From a virus, in the IMG/VR virus record IMGVR_UViG_3300023235_000002: a DNA stretch of 60,667 nucleotides, one strand, 5' to 3'. Made by a program: the position numbers and the translations under genes. Shown piece by piece: positions 50,086 to 57,202 of the stretch. Within the stretch, counting starts at the first letter, position 1. Each line of letters opens with the position of its first letter. The notes under the pieces are model-generated. The model searched no databases. It was not told where the DNA came from and was given only the letters and a program-made list of their open reading frames with translations.

Positions 50086-50591
50086 TACGCTACCTCCTGT
50101 TGTTTAAGTTTAATTTCAAATAAATATCCTTTGCCACCAAAAGGAAACTTACCTTTTTCTTTGACCAAAGCTTCCAGTACATCTTGCCAAGTGTCTCTGT
50201 TAAAAACATCTTTTAAGCTGCTTACAAACTTGTACCATCCACACTCTTGTCCATTAACGTAATAAGAATGCTCCCAATATTGATCTAAAGCATTTAAAAT
50301 ATTTTGAGCTCTTTCATCTCTGATAGATAAATACTTAGTTTGTGGAATATTTTCATTGTAATTGTTGATGTCATAATAATCTGTCATGCCATCAAATTTT
50401 CCATATACAAATTGTTTGGAATAATCGTTCAGGTCTTTGATCGCTTGATCGGATCCTTTAGATACATCCACATCCACTGAATTACCTCCAGCAAATGATT
50501 GAGATTTTGCTGAAAGAGTTAATCCCAGTTCTTTACCCTTTTGTTTTAGTAGCTTAGCTACCTGTGCTTGTTTTGATACTTGTTTAGTCAT
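50085..50591 (-). CDS. LPD29-like domain protein (large polyvalent-protein-associated domain, stand-alone)
   Basis: VAKLLKQKGKELGLTLSAKSQSFAGGNSVDVDVSKGSD...YGKFDGMTDYYD resembles the LPD29 pattern (recalled, not searched). Confidence 0.45.
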   Translation of the reverse strand: MTKQVSKQAQVAKLLKQKGKELGLTLSAKSQSFAGGNSVDVDVSKGSDQAIKDLNDYSKQFVYGKFDGMTDYYDINNYNENIPQTKYLSIRDERAQNILNALDQYWEHSYYVNGQECGWYKFVSSLKDVFNRDTWQDVLEALVKEKGKFPFGGKGYLFEIKLKQQEVA

Positions 50592-50788
50592 TATGCGTTC
50601 TCCTTTTTTTTGTTTTTTTCAAATACTTTAGTTACTTCAATAAGTTTTTTTGCTGCATCTAATTGCTTGTCACTCAAGCAACTTAAGATGTATTTCATTA
50701 CATCAAATTGAAGGTCAAAATCCTCAATGTCTCTATAGTTAACATCGATGGCATTTATTTTAATTAATGTTTTTTTGTCTATCATCAT
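50591..50788 (-). CDS. Hypothetical protein
   Basis: 65-aa co-oriented ORF. Confidence 0.5.
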   Translation of the reverse strand: MMIDKKTLIKINAIDVNYRDIEDFDLQFDVMKYILSCLSDKQLDAAKKLIEVTKVFEKNKKKENA

Positions 50789-50982
50789 AAGTAGTAGTCC
50801 TCCGTGTTTGTTGGAGCCTTTACATTTAACATGCTAGCAACTCCAGTTAATTTAAGTACTGAGTAATTCACTTTGAAACCAACAGTATGCAGTAGCATCG
50901 TAACCGCTGATAAAAAGATTGGTAAAAAAAGTAAAATGCTCATATGGGATTTATCCCATTTTATTAGATACAATACAAGCAT
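50785..50982 (-). CDS. Small membrane protein (probable true start at the ATG at 50943)
   Basis: Hydrophobic MSILLFLPIFLSAVTMLLHTVGF. The first 13 codons of the track ORF overlap promoter-like element P50. Confidence 0.45.
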   Translation of the reverse strand: MLVLYLIKWDKSHMSILLFLPIFLSAVTMLLHTVGFKVNYSVLKLTGVASMLNVKAPTNTEDYYL

Positions 50983-50985
50983 TAA
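50949..50985 (-). promoter_or_regulatory. Conserved promoter-like element TTAATGCTTGTAT-N15-GGGATAAAT (P50)
   Basis: Same blocks and spacing as 47188..47224. The ATG at 50943 lies 6 nt after GATAAA. Confidence 0.5.
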
Positions 50986-51023
50986 TAAACCGCATAAAAT
51001 AAGGGTTTTTTGACTATTTTAGA

Positions 51024-51380
51024 TTATTTTTTAGGTTTTTTCTTATTATCTACGACTAATTTAATAATATTATCATTTTTTTTAGGAGATGATTCGTTAC
51101 CTTCTTTTAATGAATTAAAAAATAAATCTTCATCAAATATATTTAAGGTATAGTTTTTTACTTGGTCATAATGATCTTTAGGACTGGTGATTTTAATATG
51201 ATCTATTAATAAGGTTAGTAGTATTCTGTGTGCCCAAGTTTCATCTAATCGTAAGTACTTAAATTTTTCGGTAGCATAAGAAGTAAAGTCGTCAAATGTA
51301 TTTGTCCATTTGTCATAAAATTCTATTAGTTCTTTTTTTTCTTGCTCCTTTTCTTTTTTTATTTGATCTTTATCTTTCAT
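51024..51380 (-). CDS. Hypothetical protein
   Basis: 118-aa co-oriented ORF. Confidence 0.55.
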   Translation of the reverse strand: MKDKDQIKKEKEQEKKELIEFYDKWTNTFDDFTSYATEKFKYLRLDETWAHRILLTLLIDHIKITSPKDHYDQVKNYTLNIFDEDLFFNSLKEGNESSPKKNDNIIKLVVDNKKKPKK

Positions 51381-51577
51381 TTCATTCTTTTAAAATTAAA
51401 AAAAGTTCTCCAAAACCATGATCTAAATACAGACATGCAAGTAAAAATAATAGCTATATGAAAGCTTTCCCACATCGTGGGATACATATTAAAATAAGGA
51501 AAGATAGTTATTTGCACTGCAATGGCTAATAACAATCCACTTCCTACATCTATAGTACTTTCAAATAACTCTCTCAC
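51377..51577 (-). CDS. Small two-TM membrane protein
   Basis: 66 aa. LLLAIAVQITIFPYF and HIAIIFTCMSVF segments. C-terminal RTFFNFKR. Confidence 0.5.
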   Translation of the reverse strand: MRELFESTIDVGSGLLLAIAVQITIFPYFNMYPTMWESFHIAIIFTCMSVFRSWFWRTFFNFKRMK

Positions 51578-52011
51578 TATTTTAATTTTTTAAATTGAAT
51601 AATCTTACATTTAATTCGTTCTATGTTTTTACGTATTAGAGCTCTTTGTTCTTTTGTTTTAGTTGCTCTGTATGTTTTATAGTTTTCTCTATAGGCTTTC
51701 CATTTCAATTGCATTTCAGTAAACCTAATTATATTTTTTTCGAATAACTCTTTATATCTATTACTAACCATCAAAGGTTCCAGACCTGCTAGATAACAAA
51801 CTTTCTCAAAGTCTTCAGCTCCAGACATAAGCCAATCATGAGCATCTTGTTTTCTATAACTTTCTGCTTTACTTCCAGATAAGTTTAAACAATCTTCAAA
51901 AGCAGTGGCCACTACTGCTTTCCATAACCGCTCCTCTGGAGACAACAGCTCCTTAGTGAACTCAGACGCTAATCTAATGCCCATGTTTTTTAATAAGTCT
52001 TGAGAGTACAT
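51577..52011 (-). CDS. Hypothetical protein
   Basis: 144-aa co-oriented ORF. Confidence 0.55.
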   Translation of the reverse strand: MYSQDLLKNMGIRLASEFTKELLSPEERLWKAVVATAFEDCLNLSGSKAESYRKQDAHDWLMSGAEDFEKVCYLAGLEPLMVSNRYKELFEKNIIRFTEMQLKWKAYRENYKTYRATKTKEQRALIRKNIERIKCKIIQFKKLK

Positions 52012-52183
52012 CTTTATAATAAATTAAAAGTTTAGGGTGGGTCTTATGCTCTAAGATGTATTCATAGTCATCAAGAACGTATTCAATAAAGTTCATTTTT
52101 TCTATTCCTGATAAACTGTTTATTGTATTTTCGTCAAACTCTATGTCGGGCATAACAAATTTGTCTTCTTTAGCCATAATCAT
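51974..52183 (-). CDS. Hypothetical protein
   Basis: 69-aa co-oriented ORF. Confidence 0.45.
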   Translation of the reverse strand: MIMAKEDKFVMPDIEFDENTINSLSGIEKMNFIEYVLDDYEYILEHKTHPKLLIYYKDVLSRLIKKHGH

Positions 52184-52437
52184 TTAACCAGTCTCAGTCC
52201 CTTTTTCTGTGCTATTTTTTTTCGGTTCTTTAACCAATTATAATCAATCAGATCCTTGAACTGACTTATATCTGTTAAGCCAAACGTATTCCCCATCCAT
52301 AATTGAAAGAACAATTCTGTTACCTTACCGTACAAACGTTTATCGTTGGTAAGGTTAGCTAACGCTTTTAATGAACGTTCTAGTTCATCTATTTGATCTT
52401 TCTTTACATCTTTTATAGCAGTCATATTAATTAACAT
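52180..52437 (-). CDS. Hypothetical protein
   Basis: 85-aa ORF. The tandem CACGGAT motif lies 17 nt upstream of its ATG. Confidence 0.5.
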   Translation of the reverse strand: MLINMTAIKDVKKDQIDELERSLKALANLTNDKRLYGKVTELFFQLWMGNTFGLTDISQFKDLIDYNWLKNRKKIAQKKGLRLVK

Positions 52438-52454
52438 TGTTAAGTTAAATTAAC

Positions 52455-52470
52455 TGATCCGTGATCCGTG
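52455..52470 (-). repeat. Intergenic tandem copy of the recurrent motif (minus strand CCACGGATCACGGATCAG)
   Basis: Two overlapping TGATCCGTG 9-mers on the plus strand, at 52455 and 52462. Confidence 0.9.
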
Positions 52471-52497
52471 GGTAGTGTGTGATAAGTAGATTAACCT

Positions 52498-52632
52498 CTA
52501 CTTTTCATTAAGGCGTAAGGAATACTCTTTAAGGTTTAATGAATCCATTGAATTTGTCAATCGCTTTAGTATGCATTGATCAGGGTTCTTTGGGTCTGGG
52601 GCTAGGCCATATTCTATGCCTAGAAGATCCAT
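52498..52632 (-). CDS. Possible unannotated small ORF (44 aa, MDLLGIEYGLAPDPKNPDQCILKRLTNSMDSLNLKEYSLRLNEK)
   Basis: Manual translation. The ATG lies 1 nt after the upstream stop. Confidence 0.35.
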   Translation of the reverse strand: MDLLGIEYGLAPDPKNPDQCILKRLTNSMDSLNLKEYSLRLNEK

Positions 52633-52633
52633 T

Positions 52634-52903
52634 TTATTCAATGATTGTTTTTTGATCGAGGGTAACGGTTCCATGTGTTTCTATCCATACTTTAGCACCG
52701 CAGCTTAATGGCTTGTCAGGGCTATAAATAACTTTAGAGTCTCCTTGTATATCCACTTCATGGGCATAGTCGTTAGCTTTAGAAGTCTTAACGGTTAATA
52801 CAGGATCCTTTTTATTTTGTTTACTGTTAGATCGTATTACATGCTGATTTACATGAATACGTTTAAGAAGGTTACTTGGTTTCTTTTTCGACACTTGCTT
52901 CAT
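52634..52903 (-). CDS. Hypothetical protein
   Basis: 89-aa ORF. Overlaps the end of the 980-aa gene by 32 nt. Confidence 0.5.
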   Translation of the reverse strand: MKQVSKKKPSNLLKRIHVNQHVIRSNSKQNKKDPVLTVKTSKANDYAHEVDIQGDSKVIYSPDKPLSCGAKVWIETHGTVTLDQKTIIE

Positions 52904-55814
52904 TAGAAGCTATTGGTTTGGATTGTCCGAGTTTTTGAACGTAGTTGGATCCTGAGAGGTTTGAGTAGTCTCTGTCTCTTGCGCTTGAGATGTTTTGGAT
53001 TTTTTTGGTGATACTGTCGATATCACGTCTATATTTTCTGGTAGCCCCTTCGCCTTCCACTCCGCTAACGTCACTGTTCTGAATGCCATTTATATACCTT
53101 TCATAGTTGTTTGATTCTAAATAATCGCCTTTCCAAGACGAGTCTATATAGTCCATTTCAGCGTTTTTGCCAAACACTTTTTCAAAACCTTTTTGTATTT
53201 TATCCTTATCTGGTTTTCCATCAAATGATATCACGGAACCAATAAAACCTCCAGCTACAGGAGTTATATTGTAATCATATCCAGTTTGTTTGTGTAATTC
53301 TTGTATTTTAATTTGATCTACAGGTGATTTAACATAAATTTGTCCTGTAGACATACGTCCTTCCGTTACTTCTCCTGCTTTAAAATTAGAGGCAGCCATT
53401 GCTGCTTGATTTAAATTTTTACCTAATAAAGCTAAAGTAGTTAGTCGCTCTTCCTCTGTTAACGGTCTAGGTCCTTTAGAGGTAGTTACCGTTAAAGGTA
53501 CAATAACATTGTAATTAGATTTTCCTTCATACGTTCCAATGCCTTCTTGCATTCTAGAGACTTCTACTTTTTGGTTTAATACATTAGACAATACTTCTTC
53601 CATAATCGATGGCTGTTTAGCTTGTTTAGTGATTAATGATTTTAAGTGTTTTCTATGAATTTTATTAACCTCGCCCATCAGTCTTTCGTCAGTTCCATAC
53701 TGATTAATTAATTGTTCTATTTGTTTTCCTTGAGGGGTTAAAAAAGATCCTACTTCAATAGTGGCCTTCATAGACTCTTTATAAGGAGTAATAGTTTTTT
53801 GTAATCGTTCAGCAAAATCTGGTGTCATTACATCTTTCGTAACATCAATTCCTTGGTCATTTAATTCTTTAATTAATTCTTGACCTACTTGTTCGTAGTT
53901 AGATGCCATACCTCTAGATTGAGACCACATTAAAGATTGTAATTCAAATGGTTGAAGTTCTTGTCCCTCAGGTAAATTTTTATTAACTTCTTTAGTAATG
54001 TTATTCATAGTGGTAGTCATCGCATTATATAATTCTGGGTTAGATGCTAATTGATCTGGCTTAACTCCAAACAGTTTGGCCATTTGCAAATCATTAACTA
54101 CATTAGGTTCTCTGTCTCCCACACCAGCAAAATATTTCATAGTGTCTGTAAAATTACCAAATTTAGGTGTGTTAACTGCTTGTTCTTTATTAGATAAATA
54201 TTTATCTAAACTTTTTGCTGTTTTAAAACCTGTTAACATAGGTTGATTTTGTTTCATGTCAGAATAAACACCTAATGCTATTTTAAGATTTTGTTTAGGT
54301 TCTACTCCCCCTGAAGTAACCGATACAATATCTATAAAATCAGCTACATCTTTTGGTGTTGCGTTAGGATCTATGGTGGTTACTAGATCTTTTAAATACC
54401 CTCCAGATTTTTGATACCAATATCTTTCGTCAGGATTTTGAGCTACCGCTAATGATTTATTAATTAAATTAATATCGGGTGCTTTCATTCCAAATTTTTT
54501 AGTTATGTCTTCAATATTTACATTAACTTTATCATTAATTTCTTTTAATGAATCGTCATAAACTTTTTGATAGGTTCCTTGATCAAATCTATACTCAATG
54601 GGTGTAGGTAATTCTTTAGAGTAATCTTTTGCTCGTAAATCTTGATTGCCAAAAATTTTAACTGGATTAGTTGCTTCAATATATTGTTTTGTATTTTTAT
54701 CTTTAGCTAAAAATTTACTAGGGTCCTTAAATTGAGAGAGGGGTGAATCATTTGTTAATGAGAATACTTTTTTATCGGTCTTAGACATTTGATATTGTTC
54801 ATTTATAAGAGGATTTCCTTTTTGATCATATTTTTGATTTTCAAAATTTTTTCTTAACGGACTTTCTTTATCTAATAAACCCTTAGCTAAATAGTCTGCC
54901 ATAACAGTTTTAGCTTCTGCAATTGAATCGACAGTGTCGATTGCTCCTTCGGGATTACCCCTTGCGTCTAAACCAGATAAGTTAAATATTTTTTGATTTC
55001 CTTTATATACTTCAGGATTATCGTTTTTTAAATCTTGAGTAACATCACTCATATTTCCTATGAGTTTTCCATCAAAATAAACATTGTAACCAATATCACT
55101 TTTTTTAAATTTTATTTGTTTTTTTACTCCTGCTAATTCTACCTCCTCAAAAGGTATTTTATCTTTCTCAGATCTTTGCTTAACTTCTTCAACATTTTTA
55201 AATTTATCTCCCAATAAACCCTCCCAAGTTTTAATTTGATTTTTGGTTTCCTCTGGTTTGTCTTGGTTTAAAATACTTGTGTCTGGAGTAGTAGGCATAC
55301 TGAATCCAGGAGTTTTAGCAGGAGTAGGTGCTGGATCCATTCCAGGTAATACGTTTGTTTTTTCTGGTACAGGAGTAGATAAAGGTTTAGTATCTACTTC
55401 TCCTGGTATAGTTATTAAAGGTTTAGATCTAGCTTCTTCTCTTCCTTTTTCTATTTCTCCCACAGTGGGGCCTAATACGATTCCTGATGGAGTTTGTTCA
55501 TAGAATAAAGTTCCCTTCATGATATCTTCTTCAGAAGGAGGAGCCTTTTTTTGCCCCTGATCCGTGGTCGTTGGTTTCTTGTCTTGTATTTCTGATAATA
55601 AATTAGGGTTAATTAACTGACTAGCAGGACCCATGAATACGCTTTTTAAAGCCTGATCCATAATTCCAGGATCTTTATCAATAGTAGATTGAATTTCTTT
55701 TCTCATTTGATTGGTTGCTACTGCTCCACCTGCAAGAGCTCCTGCTCCAACAAGCATTTGGTATACTGCGGGTATTCCTAAAGGTGCAACCATAATGATT
55801 TTATTATACCGCAT
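52872..55814 (-). CDS. Large (980 aa) protein of unknown function with a hydrophobic N-terminal segment; first gene of the leftward early-type block
   Basis: Long uninterrupted ORF. N-terminal MVAPLGIPAVYQMLVGAGALAGGAVA, then a Pro/Thr-rich linker. No catalytic motif recognised. Confidence 0.7.
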   Translation of the reverse strand: MRYNKIIMVAPLGIPAVYQMLVGAGALAGGAVATNQMRKEIQSTIDKDPGIMDQALKSVFMGPASQLINPNLLSEIQDKKPTTTDQGQKKAPPSEEDIMKGTLFYEQTPSGIVLGPTVGEIEKGREEARSKPLITIPGEVDTKPLSTPVPEKTNVLPGMDPAPTPAKTPGFSMPTTPDTSILNQDKPEETKNQIKTWEGLLGDKFKNVEEVKQRSEKDKIPFEEVELAGVKKQIKFKKSDIGYNVYFDGKLIGNMSDVTQDLKNDNPEVYKGNQKIFNLSGLDARGNPEGAIDTVDSIAEAKTVMADYLAKGLLDKESPLRKNFENQKYDQKGNPLINEQYQMSKTDKKVFSLTNDSPLSQFKDPSKFLAKDKNTKQYIEATNPVKIFGNQDLRAKDYSKELPTPIEYRFDQGTYQKVYDDSLKEINDKVNVNIEDITKKFGMKAPDINLINKSLAVAQNPDERYWYQKSGGYLKDLVTTIDPNATPKDVADFIDIVSVTSGGVEPKQNLKIALGVYSDMKQNQPMLTGFKTAKSLDKYLSNKEQAVNTPKFGNFTDTMKYFAGVGDREPNVVNDLQMAKLFGVKPDQLASNPELYNAMTTTMNNITKEVNKNLPEGQELQPFELQSLMWSQSRGMASNYEQVGQELIKELNDQGIDVTKDVMTPDFAERLQKTITPYKESMKATIEVGSFLTPQGKQIEQLINQYGTDERLMGEVNKIHRKHLKSLITKQAKQPSIMEEVLSNVLNQKVEVSRMQEGIGTYEGKSNYNVIVPLTVTTSKGPRPLTEEERLTTLALLGKNLNQAAMAASNFKAGEVTEGRMSTGQIYVKSPVDQIKIQELHKQTGYDYNITPVAGGFIGSVISFDGKPDKDKIQKGFEKVFGKNAEMDYIDSSWKGDYLESNNYERYINGIQNSDVSGVEGEGATRKYRRDIDSITKKIQNISSARDRDYSNLSGSNYVQKLGQSKPIASNEASVEKETK
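55556..55569 (-). repeat. Recurrent motif copy (minus strand GACCACGGATCAGG) inside the 980-aa gene
   Basis: 14-nt exact identity with the copies at 14712 and 40093. Confidence 0.9.
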
Positions 55815-55934
55815 ATAAAGAATACAAACAATCTATGCTAAAGGTATGGAAAAAAATGTAATTTTATGGGTTGACTTCCATATACAGTAATTTAAAAACG
55901 TTTGTAATATTTAATTTAAACAGAAAGAAAAAAA
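55815..55934. promoter_or_regulatory. Divergent AT-rich intergenic control region between the 980-aa gene (minus) and the plus-strand islet
   Basis: 120 nt with no ORF. Contains TTGACT (55871..55876) and TGTAATAT (55903..55910) on the plus strand. Exact promoters not resolved. Confidence 0.35.
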
Positions 55935-56147
55935 ATGGATATAAGTAAATGGAAATCTGTAGCTGTAGGTACCGATAGTTACTACATATTACAGGCATTA
56001 TGCAAACACGGCTATCGTAAACCTGGTGCTATGATTGATAAAATGGTGGATCAAGAAGTATCTAAGGTGTCTAAAAAACAAGGTGTTTCTCATTCTAAAA
56101 TGAGATCTCAAATGATTGAAGAAGGTAAGGAGATGAAACAAGCATGA
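55935..56147 (+). CDS. Small plus-strand protein, possible ribbon-helix-helix DNA-binding regulator
   Basis: 70 aa. N-terminal KWKSVAVGTDSYYILQALC (strand then helix). Preceded by a GAAAGAAAAAAAA leader. Confidence 0.35.
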   Translation: MDISKWKSVAVGTDSYYILQALCKHGYRKPGAMIDKMVDQEVSKVSKKQGVSHSKMRSQMIEEGKEMKQA

Positions 56148-56329
56148 GCACTAGAAAATTTACGATGGAAGATGTGAAAATTGCTCATTCTTTAAAGCCT
56201 TATTTACCTGAAGAAAAGTTTCTGAAACAATTTGCTTTTTTAAATTTAAAGATAACTCAAGGTTGGAGTATGAACAAAATCGTACAGTTGTATGATAAAA
56301 TGCACACTGACGATAAAACTGTTAATTAA
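56144..56329 (+). CDS. Small plus-strand hypothetical protein
   Basis: 61 aa. ATGA overlap with the upstream plus-strand ORF. Confidence 0.45.
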   Translation: MSTRKFTMEDVKIAHSLKPYLPEEKFLKQFAFLNLKITQGWSMNKIVQLYDKMHTDDKTVN

Positions 56330-56386
56330 TATTTTATCTTAGGGTCAAGAATAGCTCTACTGAAAACAGTGTAATTTAACAATATA

Positions 56387-56410
56387 ACCAATCCTAATTA
56401 TAGGATTGGT
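56387..56410. terminator. Perfect 10-bp hairpin between convergent genes (bidirectional terminator candidate)
   Basis: ACCAATCCTA-ATTA-TAGGATTGGT. Followed on the minus strand by TATATTGTT. Confidence 0.5.
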
Positions 56411-56414
56411 AAAA

Positions 56415-56642
56415 TTAAGTAGCTACAGATATGAAATCGTCTGCAACTTCTAAAGCTTTACTTTCAAATTTAGCATCTAGTTCATCTCTTTGAACCAATT
56501 CTCTTCTGCATTTTTTTATTTCATAAGAGATATTGTTCATTTCTGGAGTTACGTAACCGTTCTCCAAATACGAAATGTTCCAATAAGACTCAAGTCTCAT
56601 CTTCTCAGCTAGGATCTGCTTTGAGCTTCTCATCATACTCAA
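56415..56642 (-). CDS. Hypothetical protein
   Basis: 75-aa co-oriented ORF. Confidence 0.5.
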   Translation of the reverse strand: MSMMRSSKQILAEKMRLESYWNISYLENGYVTPEMNNISYEIKKCRRELVQRDELDAKFESKALEVADDFISVAT

Positions 56643-56823
56643 TCTCCTCGTAAGTTATAAAGTGCATATCGCTACGATAGGCACCACTATGTACTCCTTT
56701 AAATTCGCCAGATTTAATTTTTTCAGCAAATTTAAAGCCTGCTTTTTCAGCATCAATATCTTTGACTATCCCATCAAAGTACATGCCTTTGTATCTAGTC
56801 TGATATCTATATGCTTTTATCAT
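56605..56823 (-). CDS. Hypothetical protein
   Basis: 72-aa co-oriented ORF. Confidence 0.5.
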   Translation of the reverse strand: MIKAYRYQTRYKGMYFDGIVKDIDAEKAGFKFAEKIKSGEFKGVHSGAYRSDMHFITYEEIEYDEKLKADPS

Positions 56824-56859
56824 GTAATTTTATCATTATTTTCATTATTTTACAATAGT

Positions 56860-57006
56860 TTAACGGTTGTAGCATTCCTTTTGCATTTTTCTAGCTTCTT
56901 CCACTTGATGATCTAGATGTCTAAATTCCTCTTTTATTATTTTAGTAGAACCATTATCCTGTTTTTCAATAACAAAAGAATCTTTACCATCCCAATAATA
57001 ACCCAT
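56860..57006 (-). CDS. Possible unannotated small ORF (48 aa, MGYYWDGKDSFVIEKQDNGSTKIIKEEFRHLDHQVEEARKMQKECYNR)
   Basis: Manual translation. Fills an otherwise empty 190-nt gap. Confidence 0.35.
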   Translation of the reverse strand: MGYYWDGKDSFVIEKQDNGSTKIIKEEFRHLDHQVEEARKMQKECYNR

Positions 57007-57013
57007 TAGTTCT

Positions 57014-57202
57014 TTATTCTTCATCGTACTCCTCCTCTTTTTTCTCTTTTGGATAATATACTTCTATTAATGAATTACAATTAGGACAGGATAGATTAGT
57101 GACCATAGAAAATTCCTCATTTTCTTCTTCAATATCTTCCTCTCCTCCCCATATTAATTCTTCTTCACAGTGCCAACAGTTCATTCTTTTGCTTCTCCCC
57201 AA
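57014..57202 (-). CDS. Zinc-ribbon small protein
   Basis: CWHCEEE...CPNCNS with an acidic C-terminus. Overlaps the polymerase 3' end by 22 nt. Confidence 0.5.
   Translation of the reverse strand: MGRSKRMNCWHCEEELIWGGEEDIEEENEEFSMVTNLSCPNCNSLIEVYYPKEKKEEEYDEE

Noticed and set aside
52872-55814. Single-subunit (T7- or N4-like) RNA polymerase
   Set aside because: No recognisable RNAP palm or finger motifs. The hydrophobic N-terminus and Pro/Thr linker are unlike RNAPs. Intergenic regions instead carry sigma70-like promoters
56824-56860. Additional promoter TTGTAA-N15/17-GATAAA/TAAAAT just upstream of the ATG at 56823
   Set aside because: It resembles the P47/P50 arrangement, but the spacing is ambiguous and it lacks the conserved TTAATGC and GGGATAAAT blocks. 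It also overlaps the possible 48-aa ORF. Too weak to call
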